A DNA stretch of 64,000 nt. Source: Planctomycetota bacterium. Its GTDB lineage: Bacteria; Planctomycetota; UBA11346. The stretch is taken from contig JBBRLJ010000004.1 of assembly GCA_038231435.1 (NCBI GenBank), positions 32,001-96,000 on the forward strand. Direction: 5' to 3'. The notes below the pieces were generated by a model. The model was given only the letters and a program-made list of their open reading frames with translations. It ran no database searches and was not told where the DNA came from. The translations under genes were made by a program, and so were the position numbers. Shown here one piece after another: positions 48,369 to 60,128 of this stretch; the stretch's first letter is position 1; each line of letters opens with the position of its first letter.

Positions 48369-48947
48369 ATGGCCGCGGGAACGGTAGCCGGAGTCTACGC
48401 GCAAGCGCTGCTCGAGCTCAGTGACGAGCGCGGCAAGCGCGCCGGCGTGGTCGAGTCGTGCCGCGGCCTCGCTGGCACCAGTGAGCGCGACACCGCGCTC
48501 ACCCAGGGGCTCATCGCCCAGCTCGACGATCCGCGCCTCGGCAAGGACAAGGCCAAGGCGGCGCTCAAGGCCTCGCTCGCGGGCAAGGTCGAGCCCGAGG
48601 TCTCGGACCTGCTGCTGCTGCTGGTCGATCGCAACCGCCTGGGCGACGCCCAGGCGATCCTGCGCGAGGTCGTGCGCATCGCCGACGCCCAGGCCGGAAC
48701 CGTACGCGTCGACGTGGTCACCGCGCAGCCCCTGTCCGCCGGCGCCAGCACGCGTCTGGCCGACGGCCTCAAGCGCACCCTCGGCCCCGGCGCGTTCGTC
48801 AGCGCCAGCGTCGATGCCAAGCTCATCGGCGGCATGACCGTCCGCGTGGGCGACGTCTACGTCGACGGCAGCGTCAAGCGCCAGCTCGCCGAGATGAAAG
48901 CCAAGATCCTCGAAGCGCCCATAAGCGAAAACCTGTGGAACGCCTGA
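48369..48947 (+). CDS. atpH: F1 subunit delta
   Basis: [15 protein letters not shown] and VDAKLIGG...VGD..VDGSV. Confidence 0.93.
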   Translation: MAAGTVAGVYAQALLELSDERGKRAGVVESCRGLAGTSERDTALTQGLIAQLDDPRLGKDKAKAALKASLAGKVEPEVSDLLLLLVDRNRLGDAQAILREVVRIADAQAGTVRVDVVTAQPLSAGASTRLADGLKRTLGPGAFVSASVDAKLIGGMTVRVGDVYVDGSVKRQLAEMKAKILEAPISENLWNA

Positions 48948-48987
48948 AGCCTCTCTCCGCCGTTATTTTCCAGATGAAGGAGTTTCC

Positions 48988-50592
48988 GTGAAGATCCGCG
49001 CCGATGAAATGACCGCCGTCATCAAGGACCAGCTGAAGAACTACGGTTCTCAGGTGGCCGTGGACGAAGTGGGCACGGTCGTGCAGGTGGGTGACGGCAT
49101 CGCCCGCATCACCGGCCTCGCCGGGGCCATGGCCGGCGAGATGATCGAGTTCGAGAACGGCTCGTACGGCCTCGCGCTCAACCTCGAAGAGGGCATCATC
49201 GGCTCGGTGGTCATGGGCGACTACACCACCATCAAGGAAGGCGGCCTCGCCAAGCGCACCAAGCGCGTGCTCGAGGTGCCGGTCGGCCAGGCCCTGCTCG
49301 GCCGCGTGGTCGATCCGCTCGGCCGCCCGATGGACGGCAAGGGTCCGATCGCGAACGAAGCCACCCGCAAGGTCGAGAGCCCGGCGCCCGGCTTGGCCGA
49401 TCGCAAGAGCGTGCACGAGCCGCTGCAGACCGGCCTCAAGTCGATCGACGCGATGATCCCCGTTGGCCGTGGCCAGCGCGAGCTGATCATCGGCGACCGC
49501 AAGACCGGCAAGACCGCCATCTGCATCGACACCATCATCAACCAGAAGGGCAAGGGCGTCGTCTGCGTCTACGTCGCCATCGGCCAGAAGGAGTCGACGG
49601 TCTCGGCGATCGTGAAGCAGCTCGAAGAGACCGGCGCGATGGCCTACACCATCGTGGTCAGCGCCTCGGCCTCGCAGCCCGCCTCGTTGCAGTACCTGGC
49701 CCCCTACGCCGGCGCGGCGATGGCCGAGTACTTCATGTACAACACCTGGGCGACCGACGCCAAGGGCCTGCCGACCCTCACCGGCGGCAAGTTCACCATG
49801 AAGGGCGTCAAAGAAGGCGGCCGCGGCATCGCAACGTTCTGCGCCTACGACGACCTCACCAAGCAGGCCGCCGCGTACCGCGAGATGTCGCTGCTGCTGC
49901 GCCGCCCGCCCGGCCGCGAAGCCTTCCCCGGCGACGTGTTCTATCTACACAGCCGCCTGCTCGAGCGCGCGGCCAAGCTCAGCGACAAGCTCGGCGGCGG
50001 ATCGATGACCTCGTTCCCGGTGATCGAGACGCAGGAGGGCGAGGTCTCGGCCTACATCCCGACCAACGTAATCTCGATCACCGACGGTCAGATCTACCTG
50101 CAGGGCGACCTGTTCAACGCCGGCCAGCGCCCAGCGGTCGACGTCGGCATCTCGGTGTCGCGCGTGGGTGGCAACGCCCAGATCAAGGGCATGAAGAAGG
50201 TTGCCGGCACGTTGCGCCTCGATCTTGCGGCCTACCGCGAGCTCGAAGCCTTCGCGCAGCTCGGCACCGAGCTCGATCCGGCCACGCAGAAGCAGCTGGA
50301 TCGCGGCGCGCGCATGGTCGAGCTGCTCAAGCAGGGCCAGGCCCAGCCGCTGCAGGTCGAGGACCAGGTGTTCATGATCAAGGGCGCCGGCATGGGCATG
50401 CTCGATGAGGTGCCGGTGGCGCAGGTCGGCCTGTTCGAGAAGGAATTCCTCGGCTTCATGAACTCGGAATACACCGAGCTGGTGAAGGAACTCTCTGAGA
50501 AGAAGGCGTTCTCGGACGAGGGTGAGAAGAAGTTCGCCGAGGCCATCGGGCGCTTCAAGACCAACTTCAAGAACAAGCACAAGGCCGCCTGA
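48988..50592 (+). CDS. atpA: F1 subunit alpha
   Basis: [38 protein letters not shown] and SVSRVGG. Confidence 0.98.
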   Translation: MKIRADEMTAVIKDQLKNYGSQVAVDEVGTVVQVGDGIARITGLAGAMAGEMIEFENGSYGLALNLEEGIIGSVVMGDYTTIKEGGLAKRTKRVLEVPVGQALLGRVVDPLGRPMDGKGPIANEATRKVESPAPGLADRKSVHEPLQTGLKSIDAMIPVGRGQRELIIGDRKTGKTAICIDTIINQKGKGVVCVYVAIGQKESTVSAIVKQLEETGAMAYTIVVSASASQPASLQYLAPYAGAAMAEYFMYNTWATDAKGLPTLTGGKFTMKGVKEGGRGIATFCAYDDLTKQAAAYREMSLLLRRPPGREAFPGDVFYLHSRLLERAAKLSDKLGGGSMTSFPVIETQEGEVSAYIPTNVISITDGQIYLQGDLFNAGQRPAVDVGISVSRVGGNAQIKGMKKVAGTLRLDLAAYRELEAFAQLGTELDPATQKQLDRGARMVELLKQGQAQPLQVEDQVFMIKGAGMGMLDEVPVAQVGLFEKEFLGFMNSEYTELVKELSEKKAFSDEGEKKFAEAIGRFKTNFKNKHKAA

Positions 50593-50640
50593 GCGCTCCG
50601 GTCCCCACGCACCCCAGCACCACGCACCGAGCAACGTCCC

Positions 50641-51540
50641 ATGGCCAACCTCAGAGATCTCCGCAAGCGCCGCAAGAGCACCGCGAACACGCGTAAGATC
50701 ACGCGTACGATGGAGCTGGTGGCGTCGGCGAAGCTCAAGAAGGCCCAGGACGCCGCGGCCGCCTCGCGGCCGTACGCCGAAGGCCTGCGCGAGCTGGTCG
50801 CGCAGATCTCGGCCGCCGCGGGCAGCGGTTCGGCGCACGCGTTGATGAAGGCGCGCCCCGAGGGCAAGAAGGTGGCGATCCTGCTCGCGTCCTCCGATCG
50901 CGGCCTCGCCGGCGCGTTCAACGCCAACCTGGTGATGAAGGCCATCCAGCGCGCCAAGGTCCACCAGGCCGCCGGCCGCACCGTCGAGTTCGTCGCGCTC
51001 GGCAAGAAGGGCGGCAGCACGCTCGGCTTCTTCGGCTACACCCCCACCGAGACCCACACCGGCATCGTCGGGGCCACGCAGTACCATCACGCCGACAAGG
51101 TCGCCGGCCCGGTGATCCAGCGCTTCCTCAAGGGCCAGGTCGACATCGTCGAAGTCGTCTACGCGCGCTTCATCAGCGCCGCTCGCCAGGTGCCCGACAG
51201 CTATGTGATGCTGCCGGTTGGCGCCGATGCGCCGGCCGATGCCTCGGCCAAGGACTCGCCGAAGAAAGTCGCCAAGCCGAACTTCGACTACATCTACATC
51301 CCCGAGCCCGAAGAGCTGCTCGCGGCGATCATCCCGCTGACGGTCACCACCGCGCTGTTCTCGGCGCTCCTGCAGACCACCGCCGCCGAGCACGCCGCTC
51401 GCCGCGTGGCGATGAAGAACGCCACCGACGCCGCCGCCGACATGGTCAAGGCCATCTCCGGCGCCTATAACCGTGGCCGCCAGGGCAAGATCACCCAAGA
51501 GATCGCCGAGATCGTCGGCGCGGTCGAGGCGATGGCGTGA
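50641..51540 (+). CDS. atpG: F1 subunit gamma
   Basis: KITRTMELVASAK, SDRGLAGAFN and RQGKITQEIAEIVG. Confidence 0.97.
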   Translation: MANLRDLRKRRKSTANTRKITRTMELVASAKLKKAQDAAAASRPYAEGLRELVAQISAAAGSGSAHALMKARPEGKKVAILLASSDRGLAGAFNANLVMKAIQRAKVHQAAGRTVEFVALGKKGGSTLGFFGYTPTETHTGIVGATQYHHADKVAGPVIQRFLKGQVDIVEVVYARFISAARQVPDSYVMLPVGADAPADASAKDSPKKVAKPNFDYIYIPEPEELLAAIIPLTVTTALFSALLQTTAAEHAARRVAMKNATDAAADMVKAISGAYNRGRQGKITQEIAEIVGAVEAMA

Positions 51541-51602
51541 TTGTCCACCGCTCCACCATCAGCATCCACTTCCGCGCATTCCTCGACGCCAGTCTCGGCT
51601 AA

Positions 51603-53141
<1,539 letters not shown>

Positions 53142-53194
53142 CTGTCGGTTGGGGGGCTACGCCCCCCAACATCGCCCTCCGGGCTGCCCCCCAG
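53142..53194 (+). repeat. REP-like double-hairpin element, copy 1
   Basis: ctgtcg GTTGGGGGGC tac GCCCCCCAAC atc GCCC tcc GGGC tgccccccag; second copy inverted at 62083-62136. Confidence 0.8.
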
Positions 53195-53254
53195 ACGGCA
53201 AGAGGGGTTGGGATTCAGGAATCGGAACCGACGAACTCGTAAGGTGCGCGACCC

Positions 53255-53644
53255 ATGACCTTCAAGGTGCACATCATCACGCCCGAGAAGGCGCTGCCCG
53301 AGCTGGACGCCGACCATGTGACCATCGTGGCCGTCGACGGCCAAGTGGGCATCCGCACCGATCACGCGCCCCTGGTGGCGCTGATCGCCGAGAAGGACGG
53401 CTACGCGATGATCAAGACCTTCGGCAAGGAGGGCTACCGCGCCTTCGCGCTGAAGGGCGGCGTCGCGCAGATGTTGAACAACCAGCTCAAGATCCTCTCG
53501 CCGCGTGCGGTGGATGTGCATCAGCTCGATACCGCCGCGACGTCGAAGAAGGCCGAGGCCGCGAAGGATGACGGCGAGCGCGCGTGGCTGCAGCATCAGC
53601 TGGCGGTGGCGGCGATCTGGCCGGCGCCTACTGCGCACGTTTGA
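53255..53644 (+). CDS. atpC: F1 subunit epsilon
   Basis: VHIITPEK, DGQVGIRTDHAPL and GG motifs; last gene of the operon. Confidence 0.92.
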   Translation: MTFKVHIITPEKALPELDADHVTIVAVDGQVGIRTDHAPLVALIAEKDGYAMIKTFGKEGYRAFALKGGVAQMLNNQLKILSPRAVDVHQLDTAATSKKAEAAKDDGERAWLQHQLAVAAIWPAPTAHV

Positions 53645-53645
53645 A

Positions 53646-53745
53646 GGCAGAGAAGACGGAAGTCTGAAGATCGAAGACCGGACACGTTTTCCGGCGTTCA
53701 CGTGCGTCTTGGCTCTCTCCTCTTCCGTCTTCCGTCTTCTCCGCT
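53646..53745. repeat. Inverted heptamer arrays (GAAGANN ... NNTCTTC)
   Basis: gaagacg gaagtct gaagatc gaagacc ... tcttccg tcttccg tcttc between convergent genes. Confidence 0.85.
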
Positions 53746-53760
53746 GTCCCCTGTCCAGCC

Positions 53761-55269
53761 TTACGGCAACGTCTCGATGTCCTTGCCCATCACCGAGGCG
53801 AGGTTCTTGAGCATGACCGCGGGGGTGGATTCGTCGTCCTTGCCGGTGGTCGAGGCGAGTTTGATGTAGCAGCTGCGGGCCATGCCCGGATAGGCACTGT
53901 CGAGATGGGCCCAGTGGCCGTCGACGTAGGCGCTGTTCCAGGCGTGGCCGACCCAGCCGCCATGGTCGGCCGAGAATACCATGCCTACCTCGATACGCGC
54001 GGGGATGCCGGCGATGCGCAGCGCGGCACACAGCAGCGCCGCGTGCTCGGTGCAGTCGCCATGGCGCGAACGGAAGGTCGCCAGCGCCGAACCATCGCCG
54101 ACGCTCAGGTCGCGCTTGAGGTAGGCACGCACCGCCAAGCGCAGATCCTCGGCCACGTCCGCCTGCGTCACCGCATCGGCCGGCGAGACCGCGCGCGCCT
54201 GGGGCGCTGAGGTCACGTCATCCACCCACTGGCGCATCGCGGGATCGTCGATCTCGAGGTGCGGCTCGGCCTTCAGGTACTCCTCGCGCTCGGCGAGCGC
54301 GCTGGGGACCGCTTCCGAGACCACGGTGAGCACGCCCTCATCCAGATGCTGGAACTCGTCCTCGGCGGCGATCCCGCCTTCCGGCAAGCGGTAGCGGTTC
54401 ACGGCGGCCGGCTTCGGTGCCGGACCCGTGGCGGTCACCAGGCCGGTGGCGGCCATGTCGGCCCCGAGCAGCGAGACCGGGCCGTCGGACGGCTTCAGCT
54501 CGAGCTTGAAGATCGCCAGGTTCATCGTCATCCCGAGCAGGTCGCCCTTGGGCGAGAGCAGCATGCGCATGGGGATGGGCATCACGTCGGTGACCAGGTC
54601 GAAGGCCCGTCCGCCGACAGCGTCGACGCCCGAGTAGGTCGCGGTGCTGGTCACGATCATCACACGATCGTTAACCAGGCCGACCGAGACGAAGCTCTGC
54701 GCCTCGCCGGCCTTGAGGTCGGCCCGGCACAACAGCTCCTGGCTGCGGCGATCGCCGACCAGCTCGGTGCCGGCAGACAGCGGCAGATCGAAGTCGGTCT
54801 TGCGTCCGAGGCGATGCAGGGTCGCGATCACGTGGCGGGCATCGCCTGACGCATCGCCTGACTTCTCGACCCGGCCCGAGGCGCTCGATCGCGTGCCGCT
54901 CTCTTCATGGTCGAAGCGGAAGGAGGTGATGTTGCCGGCGGCGCCTTCCTCGAACACCTGCGAATCGCGCACCTCGAGGCGGGTGTCGGCTTCGGCCGGC
55001 GCTTTCTTCTCGGGCTTCTTCTTGGCGGGATCATCGAGGTTGCGCTTGATCACCAGCGCCATGTCGGTCGAGGTGGTGCGCGTACCGTCGGCGTGGCGCG
55101 TACACACCTCGTGCAGCGATACCGCCGGATGGCCATTGAGCTCGCCGACGAACCATTGGTCGGTCTCAAGCTGATCGCCTCCCGAGGGTGCTTCCTGGGA
55201 TGAGGCCGTAGTGGCGAGCACGACGACCGAGAGCACGGCGAGGACGGTGGAGAACAGGATTCGGCGCAT
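53761..55269 (-). CDS. Exported transglutaminase-like (papain-fold) protein
   Basis: Signal peptide; catalytic triad GDCTEHA, GHAW and LD; RIAGIPAR. Confidence 0.88.
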   Translation of the reverse strand: MRRILFSTVLAVLSVVVLATTASSQEAPSGGDQLETDQWFVGELNGHPAVSLHEVCTRHADGTRTTSTDMALVIKRNLDDPAKKKPEKKAPAEADTRLEVRDSQVFEEGAAGNITSFRFDHEESGTRSSASGRVEKSGDASGDARHVIATLHRLGRKTDFDLPLSAGTELVGDRRSQELLCRADLKAGEAQSFVSVGLVNDRVMIVTSTATYSGVDAVGGRAFDLVTDVMPIPMRMLLSPKGDLLGMTMNLAIFKLELKPSDGPVSLLGADMAATGLVTATGPAPKPAAVNRYRLPEGGIAAEDEFQHLDEGVLTVVSEAVPSALAEREEYLKAEPHLEIDDPAMRQWVDDVTSAPQARAVSPADAVTQADVAEDLRLAVRAYLKRDLSVGDGSALATFRSRHGDCTEHAALLCAALRIAGIPARIEVGMVFSADHGGWVGHAWNSAYVDGHWAHLDSAYPGMARSCYIKLASTTGKDDESTPAVMLKNLASVMGKDIETLP

Positions 55270-55311
55270 GCCACGAGGCTAGCACCGAGGCCGGCAAGGA
55301 AAGGGATGGGG

Positions 55312-55333
55312 CCGAGGATCCAGGGATCCTCGG
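55312..55333. terminator. Hairpin, possible terminator downstream of rnhA
   Basis: CCGAGGATC-CAGG-GATCCTCGG perfect 9-bp stem; U-tract is poor on the rnhA strand. Confidence 0.45.
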
Positions 55334-55403
55334 TGTTTCTACGCGCCTAGCGTCTCGCGACTCGACGTCTGTTCGCGGCTCTGCGTCTGGCCCGCTGCTG
55401 CCG

Positions 55404-55895
55404 TCACCCCGTCCACATCACCCGTTTCTCGTAGCTGGGGTGCTCGCCCCTGGCGATCGCATCCATGGCCTGGTTCGCCAAGGCATCGACGCGTTCGTTG
55501 CCGGGATTGCCGTCGTGCCCACGCACCCACTGCCACGCGATGCGGTGACCCGCGAGCAGACGATCGAGCTCCTGCAGGAGCTCGACGTTCTTGAGCGGGC
55601 CCTCCTTGCGCTTCCACCCCCGCGCCTTCCAGCCGGGAATCCATTCGCTCGCGGACTTGATCACGTACTGGCTGTCGCTGTGGATGAGCGCCGAGGTGCC
55701 GGGCTTCTTCAGCGAGCGGATCGCCATGATGGCGCCCATCAGCTCCATCTTGTTGTTGGTGGTCTCAGACTCACCACCGCAGCGCTCGAGCGCCTCGCCG
55801 GTCTTGGGATTGATGATCAGACACGCCCATGCGCCCGGCCCGGGATTGCCCCGGCAACCGCCGTCGGAGTACGCGATGACTTCGTGAGCGCTCAC
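55404..55895 (-). CDS. rnhA: Ribonuclease HI
   Basis: YSDGGCRGNPGPG, TTNNKMEL, SDSQY and WVRGH.G.PGNERVD. Confidence 0.96.
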   Translation of the reverse strand: MSAHEVIAYSDGGCRGNPGPGAWACLIINPKTGEALERCGGESETTNNKMELMGAIMAIRSLKKPGTSALIHSDSQYVIKSASEWIPGWKARGWKRKEGPLKNVELLQELDRLLAGHRIAWQWVRGHDGNPGNERVDALANQAMDAIARGEHPSYEKRVMWTG

Positions 55896-55956
55896 GGGCG
55901 CGACGCTACCCGCGGCCCGGGCGTGGCAAGCCCGAGCGCGCTCCGATCACGCGATC

Positions 55957-57132
55957 TCACTCCGGCCCGCGCCGGTCGGGAGCAGGTGCGTCCTCGCCAT
56001 CGGCGACGTCGTCGCGGTAGCCCGCGCGGAAGGCGTCGGCGAACGCGGCGAAGCGGTCCTGGCGGATCGCCGCACGGCAGCGCGCCATCAGCTGGCGGTA
56101 GTAGGCGAGGTTGTGCAGCGACAGCAGCGTGCCGCCGAGGTGCTCGCCGCTGCGTAGCAGGTGGTGGAGGTAGCCGCGGCTGTGGCGGCTGGCCGCGCTC
56201 GGGGTCTGCGCATCGATCGGACTGGTGTCGCGAGCGCTCTCGGCGCGCTTGATGCGCTGCGGGCCGGCATCGGTGTAGGCGGTGCCATGGCGGCCCATGC
56301 GTGTGGGCAGCACGCAGTCGAATTGATCGATGCCGCGCGCGATCGCCTCGACCAGGTCGAGCGGCGTGCCGACGCCCATCAGGTAGCGCGGTTTGCCCGC
56401 CGGCAGCACCGGCGCGATCCAGTCGATCACGCGCATCCGCTCCTGGGCGCTCTCGCCCACCGCTAGCCCGCCGAGCGCGTAGCCGGGGAGATCGTGGCGC
56501 AGCGCATCCTCGGCCGATCGTTCGCGCAGATCACGGTGCAGGCCGCCCTGGACGATGCCGTAGAGCGCCTGCGACCCCGCGCCGCCATGTTCGCCGGCGG
56601 CACGCCACGCGGCCACCGAACGCTCGAGCCACAGTGCGGTGCGGCGCGTCGCCTGATCCACCTGCGCGCGCTCCGCCGACGAGGGCGGGCATTCATCGAA
56701 GGCCATGATCATGTCGGCGCCGAGCGTGCGTTGGATGCCCACGCTCTCCTCGGGGCCGAGCATCAGCGCGGCGCCGTCGAGATGGCTGCGGAACGACACG
56801 CCCTGGTCGGTGATGATGCGATTCGCGGCCAGGCTGAACACCTGGTAGCCGCCCGAATCGGTGAGCATCGGGCCGCGCCAGCCGGCGAAGGCGTGCAATC
56901 CGCCGAGTGCTCGCACCGTCGCCGCGCCTGGACGCAGCGCGAGATGATAGGTGTTCGCGAGCATCACCCCCTGCCCGAGCGCCTCGGCCTGCTCGGCGGT
57001 GACCCCCTTCAGACCGCCGAGCGTCGCCACCGCCATGAAGCACGGCGTCGGCACGCTGCCATGCGGCGTGGTCAGGATCCCGGCCCGGGCCGAGCCGGAG
57101 ACGGCGGAGATGGTGAAGGTAAGGGAGTTCAC
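55957..57132 (-). CDS. tgt: Queuine tRNA-ribosyltransferase
   Basis: NTYHL..RPG, LTDSGGYQVFSL, GIVQGG, PRYLMGVG and FDCVLPTR. Confidence 0.96.
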   Translation of the reverse strand: MNSLTFTISAVSGSARAGILTTPHGSVPTPCFMAVATLGGLKGVTAEQAEALGQGVMLANTYHLALRPGAATVRALGGLHAFAGWRGPMLTDSGGYQVFSLAANRIITDQGVSFRSHLDGAALMLGPEESVGIQRTLGADMIMAFDECPPSSAERAQVDQATRRTALWLERSVAAWRAAGEHGGAGSQALYGIVQGGLHRDLRERSAEDALRHDLPGYALGGLAVGESAQERMRVIDWIAPVLPAGKPRYLMGVGTPLDLVEAIARGIDQFDCVLPTRMGRHGTAYTDAGPQRIKRAESARDTSPIDAQTPSAASRHSRGYLHHLLRSGEHLGGTLLSLHNLAYYRQLMARCRAAIRQDRFAAFADAFRAGYRDDVADGEDAPAPDRRGPE

Positions 57133-57144
57133 GGCGGGAGTGGA

Positions 57145-57315
57145 TGTCGGTCGTCGGTTGTCGGGCTTCAGTCTGCGATCTTCGGTCTTCAGTCTTCGAT
57201 CTTCGATTGTCGAACTTCTAGCCTTCGCACGTTCCCTGCATCTCGAAGCACGTGGAGAAAGCAGGAGAAGAGGGAAGATGGAAGACCGAAGACGGAAGAT
57301 CGAAGAGGAAGACAG
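57145..57315. repeat. Inverted heptamer arrays (NNTCTTC arm ... GAAGANN arm)
   Basis: tcttcgg tcttcag tcttcga tcttcga ... gaagatg gaagacc gaagacg gaagatc. Confidence 0.88.
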
Positions 57316-57339
57316 CTGTCGTGAATCCCCAGGATCTCT

Positions 57340-58818
57340 TCACCACTTCGTGACCAGCTGGATGTCCTGGTAGAACGCCTTCAGTATTTCCGGCGCGAGA
57401 TACTTCTCGTTCGCCATCTCCCAGGCGCTGATCTGGCTCATGCCCACGCCATGGCCGAAGCCGATGGAGGTGATCTGGTAGGTGATGGTGCGCTTGCCTT
57501 CGCTGGATTCGATGCGCTTGGGGCTGTCGGCGCTCCACAGCGTCGAGCGCAGCTGATTGGGGCCGACCAGCATGCGGAAGCTATGGGCGGGGATCTCGAT
57601 GGGATCAGCGGACAGGGTATGATCGACGAGCACGGTCTCGACGCGGTTCGAGCGCTTGTCGCGCCGGCCGACGCGCAGGTTGTGGATGTAGCCGACGTGC
57701 TTGCCTTCGGCCTCGAGCAGCTTCGACAGCTTGAGCTGCAGGTCGCTGGGCTTGATCACCGTGGTGTACGTCCAGTGGGATCCCATGTAGCCCAGGCCCT
57801 CGGCGCCGAGCTGGCAGAAGCGATCCGGATGCGCGGTCATCACCAGCCCGAGCGGCACGCGGCCGAAGACGTCGCGCGAGTTTGGCAGGACGTTGTCGAT
57901 CGACTCGGTGTAGCCGCCGGAACTCGCGCAGAACAGCGGGGCGAAGGGATTGGTATGGTCCACCATGGTGACGACGCCGCGCGTCTCGCGAACCGCGCCG
58001 CGCACCGCGGCGTTGCCATTGCCGGTGCCGCGGTACTCCTGGTCGTCGGCGGTATCCATGACGTCATATTCGACGCGCGCATTGCGCGCGAGCGACTGGT
58101 GGGCGAAGGCGTAGCCGCGGCTGGCGATGGCCTGCGCCTTGAGCGCCTCGAGCGGATAGCTCGGCGACATCTCGACCGAGATGACGCCCTCGATGTAGGA
58201 TTCCATCGGCAAGCAGTTGATGGCCTCGATATCCTTCGCGCTGTGCCAGATCACCTCGAGCGAACCGCGGTAGCGGCCACCGGGAAGGGCGAACACCGCG
58301 TCGCGGTCTGCGGCCTCGAAGAGCGTCGGATCGCGCCGGGCCGGGTTGCTGGCCTGGGCGTTCGCCTCGGCGGTGGCCGTGGTGCTCGTCACCACCTCGG
58401 GCACGGTGCGGCTGGGTTGGACGCGCAGCGACGACACCGCCCAGGTGTAATCCTTGCCCCATTCCTTGCTGCCGAGCATCAGCCCGTCCTTGGTGTCGGA
58501 TTGGATGCGCAACGTGGAGCCAGCGTGCAGGGTGAGATGGAGCTGCGGGTCGTCGGGATTGTACGGCGTCACCACGTCGACGGTCTGCAGGATCGCGACG
58601 TCGAGCTTGTCGTAGGTGCGGATGGGATCCGGCGGTTGGCGGTTCAGCAGCAGCACGCGCACGCCCGGATCCTGGCCGGTGCCCGTGGCCAGCGGACCGC
58701 GCCCGTCGCGCGACGGGTCATCGATCAGGCCGCGCGTCAGGCTGATGCTGAAATACGCGAGCAGGCCGAGCAGGACCACCACCCGCACGATCTGGTTCAG
58801 CAAATCCCCGGACAACAT
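57340..58818 (-). CDS. SpoIID/LytB domain protein (lytic transglycosylase-like), membrane anchored
   Basis: YRGSL, ESYIEGVISVEM, EALKAQAIASRGYA and GFGHGVGMSQ. Confidence 0.92.
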   Translation of the reverse strand: MLSGDLLNQIVRVVVLLGLLAYFSISLTRGLIDDPSRDGRGPLATGTGQDPGVRVLLLNRQPPDPIRTYDKLDVAILQTVDVVTPYNPDDPQLHLTLHAGSTLRIQSDTKDGLMLGSKEWGKDYTWAVSSLRVQPSRTVPEVVTSTTATAEANAQASNPARRDPTLFEAADRDAVFALPGGRYRGSLEVIWHSAKDIEAINCLPMESYIEGVISVEMSPSYPLEALKAQAIASRGYAFAHQSLARNARVEYDVMDTADDQEYRGTGNGNAAVRGAVRETRGVVTMVDHTNPFAPLFCASSGGYTESIDNVLPNSRDVFGRVPLGLVMTAHPDRFCQLGAEGLGYMGSHWTYTTVIKPSDLQLKLSKLLEAEGKHVGYIHNLRVGRRDKRSNRVETVLVDHTLSADPIEIPAHSFRMLVGPNQLRSTLWSADSPKRIESSEGKRTITYQITSIGFGHGVGMSQISAWEMANEKYLAPEILKAFYQDIQLVTKW

Positions 58819-58890
58819 CGTCGGAAAGGTATCGCGCTATGCCCCGCGCGCCAGCGGGCGGGGCGGGGCGTCGCACGCGACCGCAGCCGC

Positions 58891-59853
58891 CTACAGAGCG
58901 GACATGAACGCGCTGATGCGGTCCGACAGCCCCGGCAGGCCCTCGTGGCCGAAGTCGGGGAAGATGGCCAGCTCCTTGGGCGAAGTGATCTTGTTATAGG
59001 CCGCGAACTGGGTGGAGGGCGGGCAGATGGTGTCCATCAGGCCCACGCCCATCAGCACCGTTGCGCGGATGCGCTTGGCCAGGTGCTGGCAATCGATGTA
59101 GCCGAGGCGGGAGAAGATCGCGTCCTCGCGCTCGTGGTTGGGATCGAACTGCCGGAAATACGTCTTCAGTTCGTCGTAAGCGTCCTTGGCCAGATCCATC
59201 TCCCAGACCCGGCGGTAGTCGCACAGGAACGGATACACCGGCGCGGCCATGCGCACGCCCGGCTCGAGCGCCGCGCAGGCCAGGGTCAACGCCCCGCCCT
59301 GTGAGCCGCCGGTGGCCCCGACGCGCGCTGGATCCACCTCGGGAAAGCCCATGACGACGCGCGCGAGCTGCGCGGTGTCGAGGAAGATGTCGCGGAACAG
59401 CAGCTTGGCCGGGCTCGCGTCGTCGAGGCCGCGCACGATGTGGCCGCGCAGCGTGGTGCCATGCACGCCGCCGACATCCTCGGAGCGGCCGCCCTGGCCG
59501 CGGCAGTCGAGCACCGCGACGCAGTAGCCCTGGGCCACCCACGCGAGCTTGTCGAACCAGTCGCCGCTGTTGCCGCTGTAGCCGTGGAAGATCAGCATCG
59601 CCGGACAGCGCCCCGTCCGCTGGCGCGGCCGCAGGTACTTCGCGTGCACGCGCGCGCCGCCCATGCCGGTGAAGAAGAGGTCGAAGCATTCCGCCTCGCG
59701 AGGCGCGAACGGCGCGGGCCGCAGCTCGACCTTGGCGTCGAGCGCGCGCATCGCCGCGATCGACGAGTCCCAGAACGCGTCCATGTCCGGCGGGCACGGG
59801 TTGCGCCCGGCATAGGTCATCAGTTGGGCCAAGGGCATGTCGATCGCGGGCAT
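58891..59853 (-). CDS. Acetylxylan esterase / cephalosporin-C deacetylase (CE7)
   Basis: FHGYSG, RGQGG, GGSQGG nucleophile, CPPSTQFAAYN and GHE; AGGAG SD. Confidence 0.93.
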   Translation of the reverse strand: MPAIDMPLAQLMTYAGRNPCPPDMDAFWDSSIAAMRALDAKVELRPAPFAPREAECFDLFFTGMGGARVHAKYLRPRQRTGRCPAMLIFHGYSGNSGDWFDKLAWVAQGYCVAVLDCRGQGGRSEDVGGVHGTTLRGHIVRGLDDASPAKLLFRDIFLDTAQLARVVMGFPEVDPARVGATGGSQGGALTLACAALEPGVRMAAPVYPFLCDYRRVWEMDLAKDAYDELKTYFRQFDPNHEREDAIFSRLGYIDCQHLAKRIRATVLMGVGLMDTICPPSTQFAAYNKITSPKELAIFPDFGHEGLPGLSDRISAFMSAL

Positions 59854-59899
59854 GGGGACTCCTGGGCCGGGCTTATAGCCGAGGGCGGGGGAAGGAGAA

Positions 59900-60110
59900 G
59901 TTGGAAGGGGGAAAGGGGGGAAAGGGGAAGACAGAAGATGGAAGACGGAAGAACGAAGACCGGAAGACGCGACAGCATAGTCGGATGCGTCAGGCGGGAG
60001 CAGGAACCTCGCATGACGAAAACCTCCGACCAACCGTCTGGTCTCGTCTCTCTTCGATCTTCCATCTTCCATCTTCCCGTCCTCTGCCTTCTGTCTTCCC
60101 CCTCCCCCTC
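59900..60110. repeat. Inverted heptamer/purine-rich arrays between divergent genes
   Basis: gaagaca gaagatg gaagacg gaagaac gaagacc ... tcttcga tcttcca tcttcca tcttccc. Confidence 0.88.
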
Positions 60111-60128
60111 CGCAGCTACCCTGTTTTC

